Shown in pieces: positions 1-9,400 of a stretch of DNA of 47,073 nucleotides. The position numbers were made by a program, and so were the translations under genes. Where the stretch lies: contig JAFUKV010000147.1 in assembly GCA_017467745.1 (NCBI GenBank), positions 1 through 47,073 on the forward strand, read 5' to 3'. The number at the start of each line of letters is the position of its first letter. The stretch's first letter is position 1. Under the pieces are notes generated by a model. The model worked only from the letters and a program-made list of their open reading frames with translations. It was not told the origin of the DNA and searched no databases. The DNA is from Bacteroidaceae bacterium (GTDB lineage: Bacteria > Bacteroidota > Bacteroidia > Bacteroidales > CHK158-818).

Positions 1-527
1 ATCATCTTTTCTGCCGGACTGGCTTTATAATCGAACATAAGAGCTGTGGGACGTTTAGTAAACGGTATGCCCGAAATCATTTTGCTCTGCGGATTATTGG
101 TATTACGTATAGGTTCGTCCATCTCGCCTAAAAAAATAGTGCCGGAGGCTAAAACTTTTATATTGAACATTCCCAATACTTTGCATGACACTAATTTTGT
201 TTCCATTCGGGCGCAATAACCATCGCCCCGTTTTTCCGGAAAAACGGTAGTGCTGGTTTTTATAACCCCCATCACGTTTGCCAATACGTTAGAACTTCCC
301 CACGGAGACTCTTTCGGAACATACGCAACGCTTCCTTTTACCGTATCAGACGGCGCCACAGCATATACATACTGAGTATGTCCTCCTAACAAAGGAGACT
401 CCTTTATTTCTCGCGTCAACCAATTATCCATATCACCAAAAGGTATCGGCTCTACCGTTTGAGCATAAAGGGTTGCATAACCGCCCAGAACGACAACTAA
501 CAACAAAATATATTTCCTGATCTTCAT
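1..527 (-). CDS. Secreted protein, N-terminal part (PCMD-domain-like); 3' end lies beyond the left window edge
   Basis: Open minus-strand frame running off the window edge, absent from the supplied track. ATG at 527-525. My translation is MKIRKYILLLVVVLGGYATLYAQTVEPIPFGDMDNWLTREIKESPLLGGHTQYVYAVAPSDTVKGSVAYVPKESPWGSSNV..., which has a clear signal peptide. The resemblance to Bacteroidales PCMD (putative carbohydrate metabolism domain) proteins is from memory only. Confidence 0.5.
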   Translation of the reverse strand, partial: MKIRKYILLLVVVLGGYATLYAQTVEPIPFGDMDNWLTREIKESPLLGGHTQYVYAVAPSDTVKGSVAYVPKESPWGSSNVLANVMGVIKTSTTVFPEKRGDGYCARMETKLVSCKVLGMFNIKVLASGTIFLGEMDEPIRNTNNPQSKMISGIPFTKRPTALMFDYKASPAEKM

Positions 528-567
528 ATATTTACAAAATAATGAATAATAAATTACTCTTCTGTTT

Positions 568-1674
568 TTATAATTTATATCCCCATTGATTTAAAGCGAA
601 CGACCAATTGTCTTCTACTATTTTCACCGTCTCCGGAGCATATCGATAATTATTTTTCTTATATCCTTTTTTCGACGCTAAATAAGCCTCTATATCCGAA
701 CGAGCTTCCTCTAAACCCGGAATAGATAGAGTTTGATAGATTTTTTCTGTCTGAGACATAGCATCCGCTTCAAAATCTTCAAATTTAATTTCTATTAAAT
801 TGCCTTCCGGAATAAGGTGTTTATCCGTTTCATATTTGTGCAACAATTTCGAATAAATTTCTATTATATTGTTTTGTAGCTGCTCGGGCGATATGGATTG
901 CAATTGCAACGGTCTAATCGTATTGGTAAAGAAACTGCGAGTAGACTCGAATACCGTATACGGATTACGTACCAAATAGATAAATTTAGCATCCGGAAAC
1001 ATCCTCAACAACTCTGGGATACGCCCCGTATGCGGCGGGTTTTTCGATAAAAATTGCGTTCCGTTCGTATTCCACAAAGAAATTTTTATCAACTTATCAA
1101 ATGCGTTACGGAATATCTCGTATTCTTGTTCCGGCAGGTTGTTAAACAGCAAATACCGGTCGCAGTACTCCATTGTATGTTTCGGAAAAAACCAGAAATT
1201 ATAAAACGTGTACGGCATCATATTGGCTAAGGCAAACTCTTCTTCCTGAGGCAAGTCTACCTGTAACTCCATATTATCGGTAGGTCGCTTGTCGGGCATC
1301 AGCATGGATGTGCTTTTTTTAAAAAACGATTGCCCGAAAAGCATCAAATTCGGAAATACCGTTTGATATGTAGTATTGTACGCAAAATGCTTATCTTTCG
1401 ACAATACGTTATGAACAAACGTTGTACCGCTTCGCCAGTGCCCTAATATAAACACAGGAGGCAGGTCTACGGTTTTATCCTGTAAAAGTTTTTTATACCG
1501 TCTGTCTTCAAGCGGTTGCAATAAACCCAACAAACGGCAACACGCTTTTGTCAATCGAAATTTATTGCGATATGGAGCATCTACGCATTTATCTTTTGTA
1601 ATGGCCTTAAACGTTTTCCATTGCGCTCCTACCAGCGTATTGATAGGAAGTTTATCAAATTCCAATAATCCCAT
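568..1674 (-). CDS. PAPS-dependent sulfotransferase family protein
   Basis: 368-aa ORF with a 5'-phosphosulfate-binding loop (GHWRSGTTF) and a 3'-phosphate-binding-like segment (VRNPYTVFESTRS). It starts 10 nt after the cysN stop, as the last gene of the PAPS operon. Confidence 0.85.
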   Translation of the reverse strand: MGLLEFDKLPINTLVGAQWKTFKAITKDKCVDAPYRNKFRLTKACCRLLGLLQPLEDRRYKKLLQDKTVDLPPVFILGHWRSGTTFVHNVLSKDKHFAYNTTYQTVFPNLMLFGQSFFKKSTSMLMPDKRPTDNMELQVDLPQEEEFALANMMPYTFYNFWFFPKHTMEYCDRYLLFNNLPEQEYEIFRNAFDKLIKISLWNTNGTQFLSKNPPHTGRIPELLRMFPDAKFIYLVRNPYTVFESTRSFFTNTIRPLQLQSISPEQLQNNIIEIYSKLLHKYETDKHLIPEGNLIEIKFEDFEADAMSQTEKIYQTLSIPGLEEARSDIEAYLASKKGYKKNNYRYAPETVKIVEDNWSFALNQWGYKL

Positions 1675-1684
1675 ATACGTCAGC

Positions 1685-3418
1685 TTATTGAACTATTTTA
1701 TTTACTACATCCTCTACGGCAGAAGATATTTTGTTTCGTTCCGTCGAAATACTTATCATCGACCCTTTATTTCTTTCTTGGGTAATAACTACCAAGTTAT
1801 CATCGTTTCCCGCTCCATCGCAAGTAATACAAATAACAACAAGCCCCTGCATACGCAATGTACGGCCTATACGGTCGCAAATATCCGAATCCAGTTGTAA
1901 AGCGACAGCGTCTATAACAGCCACCGTCCTACCAATATCCGTCAACCGGCGTTCAAGCATATAAGCATATTCACGTTTCGCCTCTGCCGAATTACCGGCA
2001 ATAGAAAACACACAGCCTTCCTGATCAAGACGTTTCGCCTTCTCTTCCATACTAACGGCAGATATGCCTTCCGACATTTTTTTACGAACATCGTCGGTTA
2101 TATTTGACGCAATATCTTTGCTGTTAATTTTATCGATAATCATCCCTACCGCACAAGTATTATTCGTTATCGGGTCTATCAGGATGAAAGCTCCGCAGTT
2201 TTTATTGTCTTTATACGGATCGAAAAACAGCGGTTTGTTTGTAGCCAACGTAACGCGACCTATTTCGTTCAATGCCAATACATCGGCGGCCGATTGCCGC
2301 AACGTATTCACATCCACTTTATAGCGTACTGAGTCTATGTGCGCACGTGTCGTATTCGTAGTATGTTTCAGATAGTACTGCTGTCCGGCATCCATCGTCT
2401 TCTCGTCCATCCAAACAAGCATAGCCTCGAAATTACGGCCTATGCGCGGCAAATCGGACGGATGTACCAACATCTCTCCGCGCGAAACATCTATTTCATC
2501 TTCTAACGTTAACGTAACAGACTGAGGGGGGAACGCTTTAACTAATTCCCCATCGTATGTATATATTGATTTTACCCTCGATTTTTTACCCGAAGGCAAA
2601 GCGACAACTTCGTCTCCCTTCTGCACGATTCCCGAAGCTATTTTTCCGCAAAATCCCCGAAAATCGAGATTCGGGCGAGACACATACTGTACCGGATAAC
2701 GGAAATTCTCAAAATTCTGGTCGCTGGCAACATGAACGGTTTCTAAAAATCCCAGCAAAGGCATTCCCGTATACCAATCCATATTTTCAGACAACTCTAC
2801 TACATTGTCTCCTTTCAGCGCCGACAACGGTATACATTGTATATCGGGAATATTAAACGGCGCGACAAACGTTTTATAATCATCCACAATCTTGTCGAAA
2901 ACAGATTGGCTATAATCAACCAAATCCATTTTATTGACAGCTAAAACAACATGTTTAATACCCAACAACGATATCAAATACGAATGACGTTTGGTTTGCG
3001 TGATTACTCCTGTACGGGCATCAACAAGAATAATAGCTAAATTGGCGGTAGAACCGCCTGTTATCATATTACGAGTATATTGTTCGTGCCCCGGAGTATC
3101 GGCAATAATAAATTTTCGCTTATTAGTAGAAAAATAGCGGTAAGCCACATCTATGGTTATACCCTGCTCACGTTCAGCTTTTAAACCGTCGAGCAACAAA
3201 GCGTAATCTATATTATTTTCTCCGGCGTTCCCTACTCGCTTACTATCTCTTTCAAGAGCGACCAATTGGTCTTCGTACAGTTTTTTACTGTCGAACAGCA
3301 GACGCCCTATCAACGTAGATTTTCCGTCATCTACCGAACCGGCGGTCAACAAACGCAACAAATCTTTCTTTTCGTCTTGATCAAGAAACTCTTTTATATT
3401 TAGTGTCGGTGTTGTCAT
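1685..3418 (-). CDS. cysN: Sulfate adenylyltransferase subunit 1 (CysN GTPase) with an extra ~147-aa C-terminal APS-kinase-like but degenerate domain
   Basis: GTPase motifs GSVDDGKST (G1), DTPGHEQY (G3) and NKMD (G4). The EF-Tu-like domains II/III end near residue 430 ([18 protein letters not shown]). Residues ~431-577 follow as an extension. Confidence 0.9.
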   Translation of the reverse strand: MTTPTLNIKEFLDQDEKKDLLRLLTAGSVDDGKSTLIGRLLFDSKKLYEDQLVALERDSKRVGNAGENNIDYALLLDGLKAEREQGITIDVAYRYFSTNKRKFIIADTPGHEQYTRNMITGGSTANLAIILVDARTGVITQTKRHSYLISLLGIKHVVLAVNKMDLVDYSQSVFDKIVDDYKTFVAPFNIPDIQCIPLSALKGDNVVELSENMDWYTGMPLLGFLETVHVASDQNFENFRYPVQYVSRPNLDFRGFCGKIASGIVQKGDEVVALPSGKKSRVKSIYTYDGELVKAFPPQSVTLTLEDEIDVSRGEMLVHPSDLPRIGRNFEAMLVWMDEKTMDAGQQYYLKHTTNTTRAHIDSVRYKVDVNTLRQSAADVLALNEIGRVTLATNKPLFFDPYKDNKNCGAFILIDPITNNTCAVGMIIDKINSKDIASNITDDVRKKMSEGISAVSMEEKAKRLDQEGCVFSIAGNSAEAKREYAYMLERRLTDIGRTVAVIDAVALQLDSDICDRIGRTLRMQGLVVICITCDGAGNDDNLVVITQERNKGSMISISTERNKISSAVEDVVNKIVQ

Positions 3419-3430
3419 AATCTGTTCGTC

Positions 3431-4339
3431 TTAAAAATATCCTTCTCTTTTTTTCTGTTCCATACTGGCTTCTTGGTCGAAGTCTATAACCCGAGTGGTA
3501 CGTTCCGATTTTGTAGTGGTCATCATCTCTTCTACGATTTTTTCAATCGTATCCGCATCCGATTCTATCGCCCCGGTCAACGGGTAACAACCCAATGTAC
3601 GGAACCGTACTTTCATCATCTTGGCTTGTTCTCTGTACTTTTCAGGCATACGGTCGTCATCTGCCATAATAAGATTGCCATCAATATTAACAATAGGACG
3701 TTCTTTCGCAAAGTAGAGCGGAACAATGGGTATGTTTTCAAGACGGATATATTGCCAAACGTCCAACTCCGTCCAATTAGATAAGGGGAAAACTCGTATC
3801 GATTCTCCTTTATTGACTTTCGTATTGTAAATATCCCACAACTCCGGGCGCTGGTTCTTAGGATCCCACTGATGAAACCGGTCTCGGAAAGAGAAAATAC
3901 GTTCTTTCGCGCGCGACTTCTCTTCATCCCGCCGGGCTCCGCCAAACGCCGCATCAAACTTATATTTATCGAGAGCAGCCAAAAGAGCCTGCGTTTTCAT
4001 CAAATCGGTGTGTACTTTACTGCCGTGCGTAAACGGCCCTACTCCTGCTTTGAAAGCCTCTTCGTTCGACTCTACTATCAAATTCCAATCGTGGTCGCGG
4101 GCGTATTGGTCGCGAAACTCGATCATTTCCCGGAATTTCCATTTAGAATCGATGTGCATAAGCGGGAAAGGAACCTTTCCCGGCGCAAACGCCTTTTCGG
4201 CCAAACGCACCATAACAGACGAGTCTTTACCGATAGAATAAAGCATAACCGGATTTTGAAATTCGGCCGCCACTTCACGGATAATGTATATCGCTTCGGC
4301 TTCCAGCTCTTTTAAATGACTTAATTTATATTCTGACAT
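3431..4339 (-). CDS. cysD: Sulfate adenylyltransferase subunit 2 (CysD)
   Basis: [23 protein letters not shown] matches the canonical CysD N-terminus, followed by the PAPS-reductase-fold motif SIGKDSSV. I prefer the ATG at 4339 over the track start at 4399, which would overlap cysC. Confidence 0.9.
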   Translation of the reverse strand: MSEYKLSHLKELEAEAIYIIREVAAEFQNPVMLYSIGKDSSVMVRLAEKAFAPGKVPFPLMHIDSKWKFREMIEFRDQYARDHDWNLIVESNEEAFKAGVGPFTHGSKVHTDLMKTQALLAALDKYKFDAAFGGARRDEEKSRAKERIFSFRDRFHQWDPKNQRPELWDIYNTKVNKGESIRVFPLSNWTELDVWQYIRLENIPIVPLYFAKERPIVNIDGNLIMADDDRMPEKYREQAKMMKVRFRTLGCYPLTGAIESDADTIEKIVEEMMTTTKSERTTRVIDFDQEASMEQKKREGYF

Positions 4340-4358
4340 ATTTTTGATATTGTTCTTA

Positions 4359-4967
4359 TTATAACAAAACTCTCGGTAAAATTTTTTCCAATAAAACATC
4401 TACCGACTCTTCTATCGTCAATTTCGAAGTGTCTAACGTCAAATCGGGGTGTGCCGGCGCTTCAAAAGGTGCGCTGATTCCCGTAAAGTTTTTTATCTCG
4501 CCTTTGCGGGCTTTGGCATACAGACCTTTTACATCTCGTTGTTCGCATACCTCCAACGGCGTATTGACAAACACTTCCATAAAATTTTCTTTTCCTATTA
4601 TACTGGCTGCCATCTCACGTAAATCGTTATTGGGACTGATAAACGCAGCAATAGCTATAACTCCGGTATCTATGAACAATTTGCAGACTTCCGCTATACG
4701 ACGAATATTTTCTACTCTGTCAGCCTCAGAAAAGCCTAAATTATTATTAATTCCGCTACGGATATTATCTCCGTCAAGGATACGGCAAAGCAACCCTCGC
4801 TTATGTAACTCACGCTCCAACGCTATCGCTATGGTGCTCTTTCCCGAGCCGGACAGTCCGGTAAACCAAATCATCAGGCTACGCTGTTTCAAAAGCGACT
4901 CTTTATCGCTCCGCCCCATCATACGGTCGAAAATCGGATATATATTGTTTTCGTTTAAAATTTCCAT
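4359..4967 (-). CDS. cysC: Adenylylsulfate (APS) kinase
   Basis: Intact P-loop [18 protein letters not shown] and FISP motifs. I prefer the ATG at 4967 because the track start at 5003 is a TTG. It overlaps the SLC13 stop by 13 nt. Confidence 0.9.
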   Translation of the reverse strand: MEILNENNIYPIFDRMMGRSDKESLLKQRSLMIWFTGLSGSGKSTIAIALERELHKRGLLCRILDGDNIRSGINNNLGFSEADRVENIRRIAEVCKLFIDTGVIAIAAFISPNNDLREMAASIIGKENFMEVFVNTPLEVCEQRDVKGLYAKARKGEIKNFTGISAPFEAPAHPDLTLDTSKLTIEESVDVLLEKILPRVLL

Positions 4968-6508
4968 ATCAAAGGTATTAAAAAAACAGAAAGCAAAAAG
5001 CAAATAATATTGAGCGGCAAACCTACTTTCACAAAATCAGTAAATTTATATCCGCCCACCCCCTGCACTATCAAGTTTGTTTGATATCCGATTGGCGTAC
5101 TGAACGCTGCCGATGCCGCTATACATATTGTAATGAAAAACGGCGTAGGATCTACCCCCAATTGCATAGCCACCGACAATGCTACCGGAAAACCTAATGC
5201 TGCGGCAGCGTTATTGGTAATCAATTCAGTTACCGCATTCACTATCAGATAGAGCATCGCTAACAGCGCATACGGCCCGTAACTATGCGATAAATTGATA
5301 ATATAGCCAGCAGCCATAGCTGCAAGCCCGGAATTTTCCATCGCTTTACTGATAGCGAAAGCACAAGCGATTGTTATTAAGATATCCCAAGAAATATATT
5401 TGGTATATTTCTTAGGCGGAAAGATTTTCGTCCACGCCATGATTATCGTGGTAACGCAAACAAAAAAGAACATATCCAACTTAATGCCCGGAATGCGCTC
5501 TTTCACGGCCGGAAGTTCTCCTATCGTAGCTCCGACAATCATTATAAACAACAGTATTAAAGCAAACCACCTTTTCTTTTTAGACATGGGACTCTCCCTA
5601 TCCGTACCATTCGCCAAAAGAACAAATACGCTCGAATCTCCCCACGTCGGAATAAACGTATCATCCGCCCAAAGTATCAAAGTATCTCCCTCATGAAACA
5701 CCACACTGTCCAAATCACGCGTATAACGGATTCCTCCGCTTCTTATTTCCTTTACGATAGCTCCGTAATGGCGAGTAAAATTAAACTCTTTCACAGTTTT
5801 ATTAATTCCCGGAAAACGAGAACTAAGCACAGCCTCCACCCGATGCAAGTTTCCCAAATTTCCTTCATCCGAGTCATCGTCCGAATTATTATCCCGTACA
5901 TCCGGTAACAACTTGTTTGAGAACAACAGCATATAAATAATACCGGCAATAGCGATAGGAAGCCCTACCCACGCTATTTCAAACATCGAGAATCCTTCAT
6001 ATCCGGCATCTATAATCATGCCATGTACTACCAAGTTGGTTGAGGTTCCGATAAGCGTACAAATTCCACCTAATACTGTGGCGTAAGACAATGGAATAAG
6101 AAATTTAGTGGCGGGAACCCTCACCTTCTCCGCCCAACGCTTGATGATAGGAGCAAATATAACTACAACGGGGGTATTATTTAAAAATGCCGAAATAAAA
6201 GCAATAGAGGGTAATATTCTCAACTGCGTATTAAACAATGTAGGTTTACCGCTCGGAAGAAGTTTTTTTATCACATGTTCCAACGCCCCGCTTTGCCGAA
6301 TACCTTCGCTTACTAAGAAAAGCATAGCCACCGTTATCATCCCCTTATTGCTGAATCCTTCCAACATCTCTTTCGGGGTCAATATTCCGGCACATAAAAA
6401 AAACACAACTACCGACAACAACACCAAACCCGGACGCATCTTATCCAGAATTAAAACGGTGAGCATTGCGATAAGACCAAAAAGCACTAAATAAGCATCG
6501 AATGACAT
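4955..6508 (-). CDS. SLC13/DASS-family anion permease (probable sodium:sulfate symporter) with a central TrkA-C-like domain
   Basis: 517-aa polytopic membrane protein with hydrophobic N- and C-terminal halves. These flank a soluble segment (RVEAVLSSRFPGINKTVKEF...HEGDTLILWADD). Its position between cysQ and cysC supports the call. Confidence 0.75.
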   Translation of the reverse strand: MSFDAYLVLFGLIAMLTVLILDKMRPGLVLLSVVVFFLCAGILTPKEMLEGFSNKGMITVAMLFLVSEGIRQSGALEHVIKKLLPSGKPTLFNTQLRILPSIAFISAFLNNTPVVVIFAPIIKRWAEKVRVPATKFLIPLSYATVLGGICTLIGTSTNLVVHGMIIDAGYEGFSMFEIAWVGLPIAIAGIIYMLLFSNKLLPDVRDNNSDDDSDEGNLGNLHRVEAVLSSRFPGINKTVKEFNFTRHYGAIVKEIRSGGIRYTRDLDSVVFHEGDTLILWADDTFIPTWGDSSVFVLLANGTDRESPMSKKKRWFALILLFIMIVGATIGELPAVKERIPGIKLDMFFFVCVTTIIMAWTKIFPPKKYTKYISWDILITIACAFAISKAMENSGLAAMAAGYIINLSHSYGPYALLAMLYLIVNAVTELITNNAAAALGFPVALSVAMQLGVDPTPFFITICIAASAAFSTPIGYQTNLIVQGVGGYKFTDFVKVGLPLNIICFLLSVFLIPLIWKF

Positions 6509-6517
6509 AATAATAAA

Positions 6518-7336
6518 TTATTTATTTTTAAGTGCAATAAAAAAAGGATTATGCAAATCCTCTTTATTGTAGCACAACGGAACAGCAGTACCCGAACGGT
6601 ACATATCCATCCCCGCAGCACGCAACAGAGCATGTCCCGCAGCTGTATCCCACTCCATTGTCGGAGCATTACGCGGATATATGTCGGCAGCACCTTCTGC
6701 CACCAAACATATTTTCAACGAACTTCCCACAGACGTAGTTACCAAATCGGGATATTCTTTTTTTAATTCCAAGAGCAGAGCTTCCGTATCCTTATCCATA
6801 TGCGAACGAGAAGCCACAGCCGTATAAGGGCGTTCCTTTTTTATCGGCAAACGTAGAGCCGCTTGTCTTAAACCGACAATATCCATTTTCTGAATATCCG
6901 CTTTTTCAGTTACAGTAGTTTTATATGCTCCGTTTTCTTCATCTCCAAAATAGAGCAGCCCGCTTACCGGAACATAAATAACACCCAAAACCGGAATACC
7001 TTCGTTTACCAACGCTATATTTACCGTAAACTCTCCATTCCGTTTAATAAACTCTTTCGTCCCGTCCAACGGATCGACAATCCAAAGCGTTGGCCACAAA
7101 CGCCTCTCTTGATACGGTATGCTCCTACCCTCCTCGCTCAATATAGGGTAAGGGAGTTTTTCCAAACAACCCGATATAATTTGATGCGCACATCTATCAG
7201 CAATGGTTAACGGTGAATTATCCGCCTTTTTTTCTATCTCGAAATCGGACAACGGATCAGTATATATTTCCATTATCTTTCGACCGGCAAGAACCGCTGC
7301 CCATATGGCGTTTAATAATAACACGTTTGTATCCAT
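6518..7336 (-). CDS. cysQ: 3'(2'),5'-bisphosphate nucleotidase (PAP phosphatase, CysQ)
   Basis: Inositol-monophosphatase-fold motifs ILSEEG and WIVDPLDGTKEF. I prefer the ATG at 7336 (MDTNVLL...) because the track start at 7372 is a GTG inside a hairpin. Confidence 0.8.
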   Translation of the reverse strand: MDTNVLLLNAIWAAVLAGRKIMEIYTDPLSDFEIEKKADNSPLTIADRCAHQIISGCLEKLPYPILSEEGRSIPYQERRLWPTLWIVDPLDGTKEFIKRNGEFTVNIALVNEGIPVLGVIYVPVSGLLYFGDEENGAYKTTVTEKADIQKMDIVGLRQAALRLPIKKERPYTAVASRSHMDKDTEALLLELKKEYPDLVTTSVGSSLKICLVAEGAADIYPRNAPTMEWDTAAGHALLRAAGMDMYRSGTAVPLCYNKEDLHNPFFIALKNK

Positions 7337-7352
7337 TTGGAAAAACTTTTTG

Positions 7353-7360
7353 CAAAAATA
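7353..7360 (-). promoter_or_regulatory. Candidate Bacteroidetes -7 promoter box (TATTTTTG) for the cysQ operon
   Basis: Plus-strand CAAAAATA equals minus-strand TATTTTTG, matching TAnnTTTG. It lies 17-24 nt upstream of the cysQ ATG, inside the loop of the 7339-7370 hairpin. Confidence 0.25.
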
Positions 7361-7556
7361 AAGTTTTTCCACGACTAATCCTCAATTTTAGCCGAATTTA
7401 TATTATTCAAAAATTCTATAAACAAATTCCTGACAAAACCGACAAACCAATACAAAATCCTATAAGGACACTCAATTTTTTCACTATGCTTACCAAGACA
7501 TATATTTCCCTATATTTCCTCTGAACGCGCTGAGTAGAAATGGACAGCAAACGAAC

Positions 7557-7589
7557 AAAAAACCACAAATCAATGATTTGTGGTTTTTT
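7557..7589. terminator. Perfect 15-bp stem-loop with A/T-run arms (bidirectional terminator-like)
   Basis: aaaaaaccacaaatc / aat / gatttgtggtttttt. It lies between tRNA-Ser and the cysQ operon and could insulate the cys operon from read-through. Confidence 0.5.
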
Positions 7590-7750
7590 ATTGCCCGAGA
7601 GTCCAGCTTGCAAGACTCCAAAAGTACCGGAAAGGACAAAATACTGTTACTAAATCGTTACTAAAATCATCTTCTCGTTTTCAGTAATAATTTAGTAACG
7701 AAACTCTGTCCGAACGGGGCTTTTTGCGTCTTTCGGATGTCCAAGAAGAG

Positions 7751-7789
7751 AAATAAAAAATCCCGTAAAATATTGATTTTACGGGATTT
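7751..7789 (-). terminator. Rho-independent terminator downstream of tRNA-Ser
   Basis: 13-bp perfect stem aaatcccgtaaaa / ttttacgggattt with a 6-nt loop. On the minus strand it is followed by TTTATTT. Confidence 0.65.
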
Positions 7790-7825
7790 GTCATACTTTG
7801 ACCCTTTTTTGTCTTCGGGGTTCTG

Positions 7826-7910
7826 CGGAGAGAGAGGGATTCGAACCCCCGGAGCCTCGCAGCTCAACGGTTTTCAAGACCGCCGCAATCGACCACTCTG
7901 CCATCTCTCC
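7826..7910 (-). tRNA. tRNA-Ser (anticodon UGA), class II with long variable arm; CCA not encoded
   Basis: The reverse complement reads GGAGAGA-TG-GCAG...GCGGT-CTTGAAA-ACCGT-TGAGCTGCGAGGCTC-CGGGGGTTCGAATCCCTC-TCTCTCC-G. This gives a 7-bp acceptor stem, anticodon loop CU-UGA-AA, a GAGC/GCTC variable stem and a TTCGAAT T-loop. Confidence 0.9.
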
Positions 7911-7951
7911 TTTTCCCTATTTGAGAGTATATCTTCTCCGGAAAAGCGATG

Positions 7952-7959
7952 CAAATATA
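7952..7959 (-). promoter_or_regulatory. Candidate -7 box (TATATTTG) for tRNA-Ser
   Basis: Plus-strand CAAATATA lies ~42 nt upstream of the tRNA 5' end and matches TAnnTTTG on the minus strand. Confidence 0.35.
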
Positions 7960-8183
7960 CAAGAAGTTTTTTTTGTATGCAAGAAAAGACAAATAATTTT
8001 ATTATTTTTTATTGACCCACTTCATATATAACACACATTCCTAATTTCTCGTTTGACAGAACAACTATTCTTTACCCAATAATAAAACGAATCTTATAAC
8101 ACACCGTATCACCAATAATACTTTTTTATCAGAAAATAGCGGTTTCCAAAGAACTCTATACTAATTATCAACTCATAAGAAGC

Positions 8184-8206
8184 AAAAAGCCCGGTTTATC
8201 CGGGCT
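8184..8206 (-). terminator. Terminator downstream of mdh
   Basis: gcccgg / tttat / ccgggc hairpin. On the minus strand it is followed by a T-run (plus-strand aaaaa at 8184-8188), about 20 nt after the mdh stop. Confidence 0.55.
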
Positions 8207-8224
8207 GTTAACACTCTATATTTA

Positions 8225-9226
8225 TTATTGAATATTCTGATTCAGTTCATGCCAACATGGTATAGATGGCAAAATTCCCATCTGAATAACCTCATCCCGT
8301 AATTTACATAAATGCTCATAACTTTGCTTCAACTCGTTTTCTTCCTCAGGTGTTCCCTGCGGAATAGAATAACGAACTCCTGCTTTATCTATAACCGTTT
8401 CCATTGCCATAACAATATGATTATATTTACCGGCTGCCACATATACCCCTGCCGGCCATTTAAACGGAGCGCCTCCCATAGCAGCGGCAATCATTTCGAT
8501 AGAAAGATATGCGGGACTTTGAAAAGAAGACCGACCTCGCAAATCAATCATATGTTTTCCGCCCTGTACTACTTTCTGGCGCATTTCCATCCATTGAGAA
8601 TCTGATAACCCTTCGGATCCGATAATCTCTAACAACGGCTTATCGCCTACTTTGGCAGTAGAAGCAAATACAGCCATTTGCTCGCCGTGCCCTCCGTATG
8701 TACGGCAATTGGTAATTTCCGACGGTTGTATTTTAAAATGTTTAGCCAATTCGTTACGCAACCGAGTGCTGTCCAACGCTGCCAATGTCGTTACCTGAGT
8801 CGGTTTCAACCCTGAATACAACAATGTTATAAGCCCCGTAATATCTGCCGGATTAAAAACAATCACAACATGTTTCACATGGGGGCAGTATGCTTTTATA
8901 TCTTTTCCGAATTGCGCAGCAATTTCTGCATTTCCTTTAAGTAAATCCTCACGAGTCATTCCTGCTTTACGGGCAGCGCCACCGGAAGATACGATATACG
9001 CCGCACCCGTAAGAGCTTCTTTTATATCGCTCGTATAGGAGATATTCATATTATCGAAACCACATTGTAACAACTCTTCCGCCACACCCTCTAATGCCGG
9101 AGCATAAGGATCATACAAACAGATATTCGGCGTCAGTTTCATCATAATAGCTGTCTGCGCCATATTAGAGCCTATCATTCCTGCCGCTCCAACAATTGTA
9201 AGTTTTTCATTTGTCAAGAATTCCAT
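8225..9226 (-). CDS. mdh: Malate dehydrogenase (LDH/MDH superfamily)
   Basis: 333 aa with an N-terminal Rossmann motif (TIVGAAGMIGSNM) and LDH/MDH-like length and layout. The assignment to MDH rather than LDH is from memory of Porphyromonas-type MDH. Confidence 0.75.
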   Translation of the reverse strand: MEFLTNEKLTIVGAAGMIGSNMAQTAIMMKLTPNICLYDPYAPALEGVAEELLQCGFDNMNISYTSDIKEALTGAAYIVSSGGAARKAGMTREDLLKGNAEIAAQFGKDIKAYCPHVKHVVIVFNPADITGLITLLYSGLKPTQVTTLAALDSTRLRNELAKHFKIQPSEITNCRTYGGHGEQMAVFASTAKVGDKPLLEIIGSEGLSDSQWMEMRQKVVQGGKHMIDLRGRSSFQSPAYLSIEMIAAAMGGAPFKWPAGVYVAAGKYNHIVMAMETVIDKAGVRYSIPQGTPEEENELKQSYEHLCKLRDEVIQMGILPSIPCWHELNQNIQ

Positions 9227-9306
9227 ACTTATATTCTTTAAATATTAATGAATTGTCTTTTGACTATAAAACAAATTATCTGCTAAATTGTTATTTTATA
9301 AAGATA

Positions 9307-9314
9307 CAAAATTA
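9307..9314 (-). promoter_or_regulatory. Candidate -7 box (TAATTTTG) for mdh
   Basis: Plus-strand CAAAATTA lies 81-88 nt upstream of the mdh ATG. Confidence 0.3.
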
Positions 9315-9400
9315 TATTTTATATTGAATAACTATCCAATTAGCAAATTATTTTTATGATATAACAAATAGAAATAAACAGAACAATATTTATCTATTAT

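Noticed and set aside
1565-1964. Plus-strand ORFs bridging the sulfotransferase/cysN junction
   Set aside because: They overlap two motif-supported minus-strand genes and have no features of their own.
4429-5007. 192-aa plus-strand ORF
   Set aside because: It lies entirely antisense to cysC, which has intact kinase motifs. Its composition is low-complexity (S/R/I-rich) with no recognisable motif, so it is a shadow ORF.
568-7336. Interpreting the cys genes as an assimilatory sulfate-reduction (cysteine biosynthesis) operon
   Set aside because: The window has no cysH, cysI/J or cysK. The operon instead ends in a sulfotransferase and begins with the PAP phosphatase cysQ, which points to PAPS use as a sulfonate donor. 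Reductase genes elsewhere in the genome cannot be excluded.
7667-8031. Three small ORFs (66, 92, 77 aa) around 7.7-8.0 kb
   Set aside because: They overlap the tRNA-Ser gene and its terminator hairpin. The region is explained by the RNA gene.
7373-8224. tRNA-Ser as a possible integration hotspot or genomic-island border
   Set aside because: I could see no integrase, no direct repeat of the tRNA 3' end, and no compositional break. Both flanks carry housekeeping genes (the cys operon and mdh).
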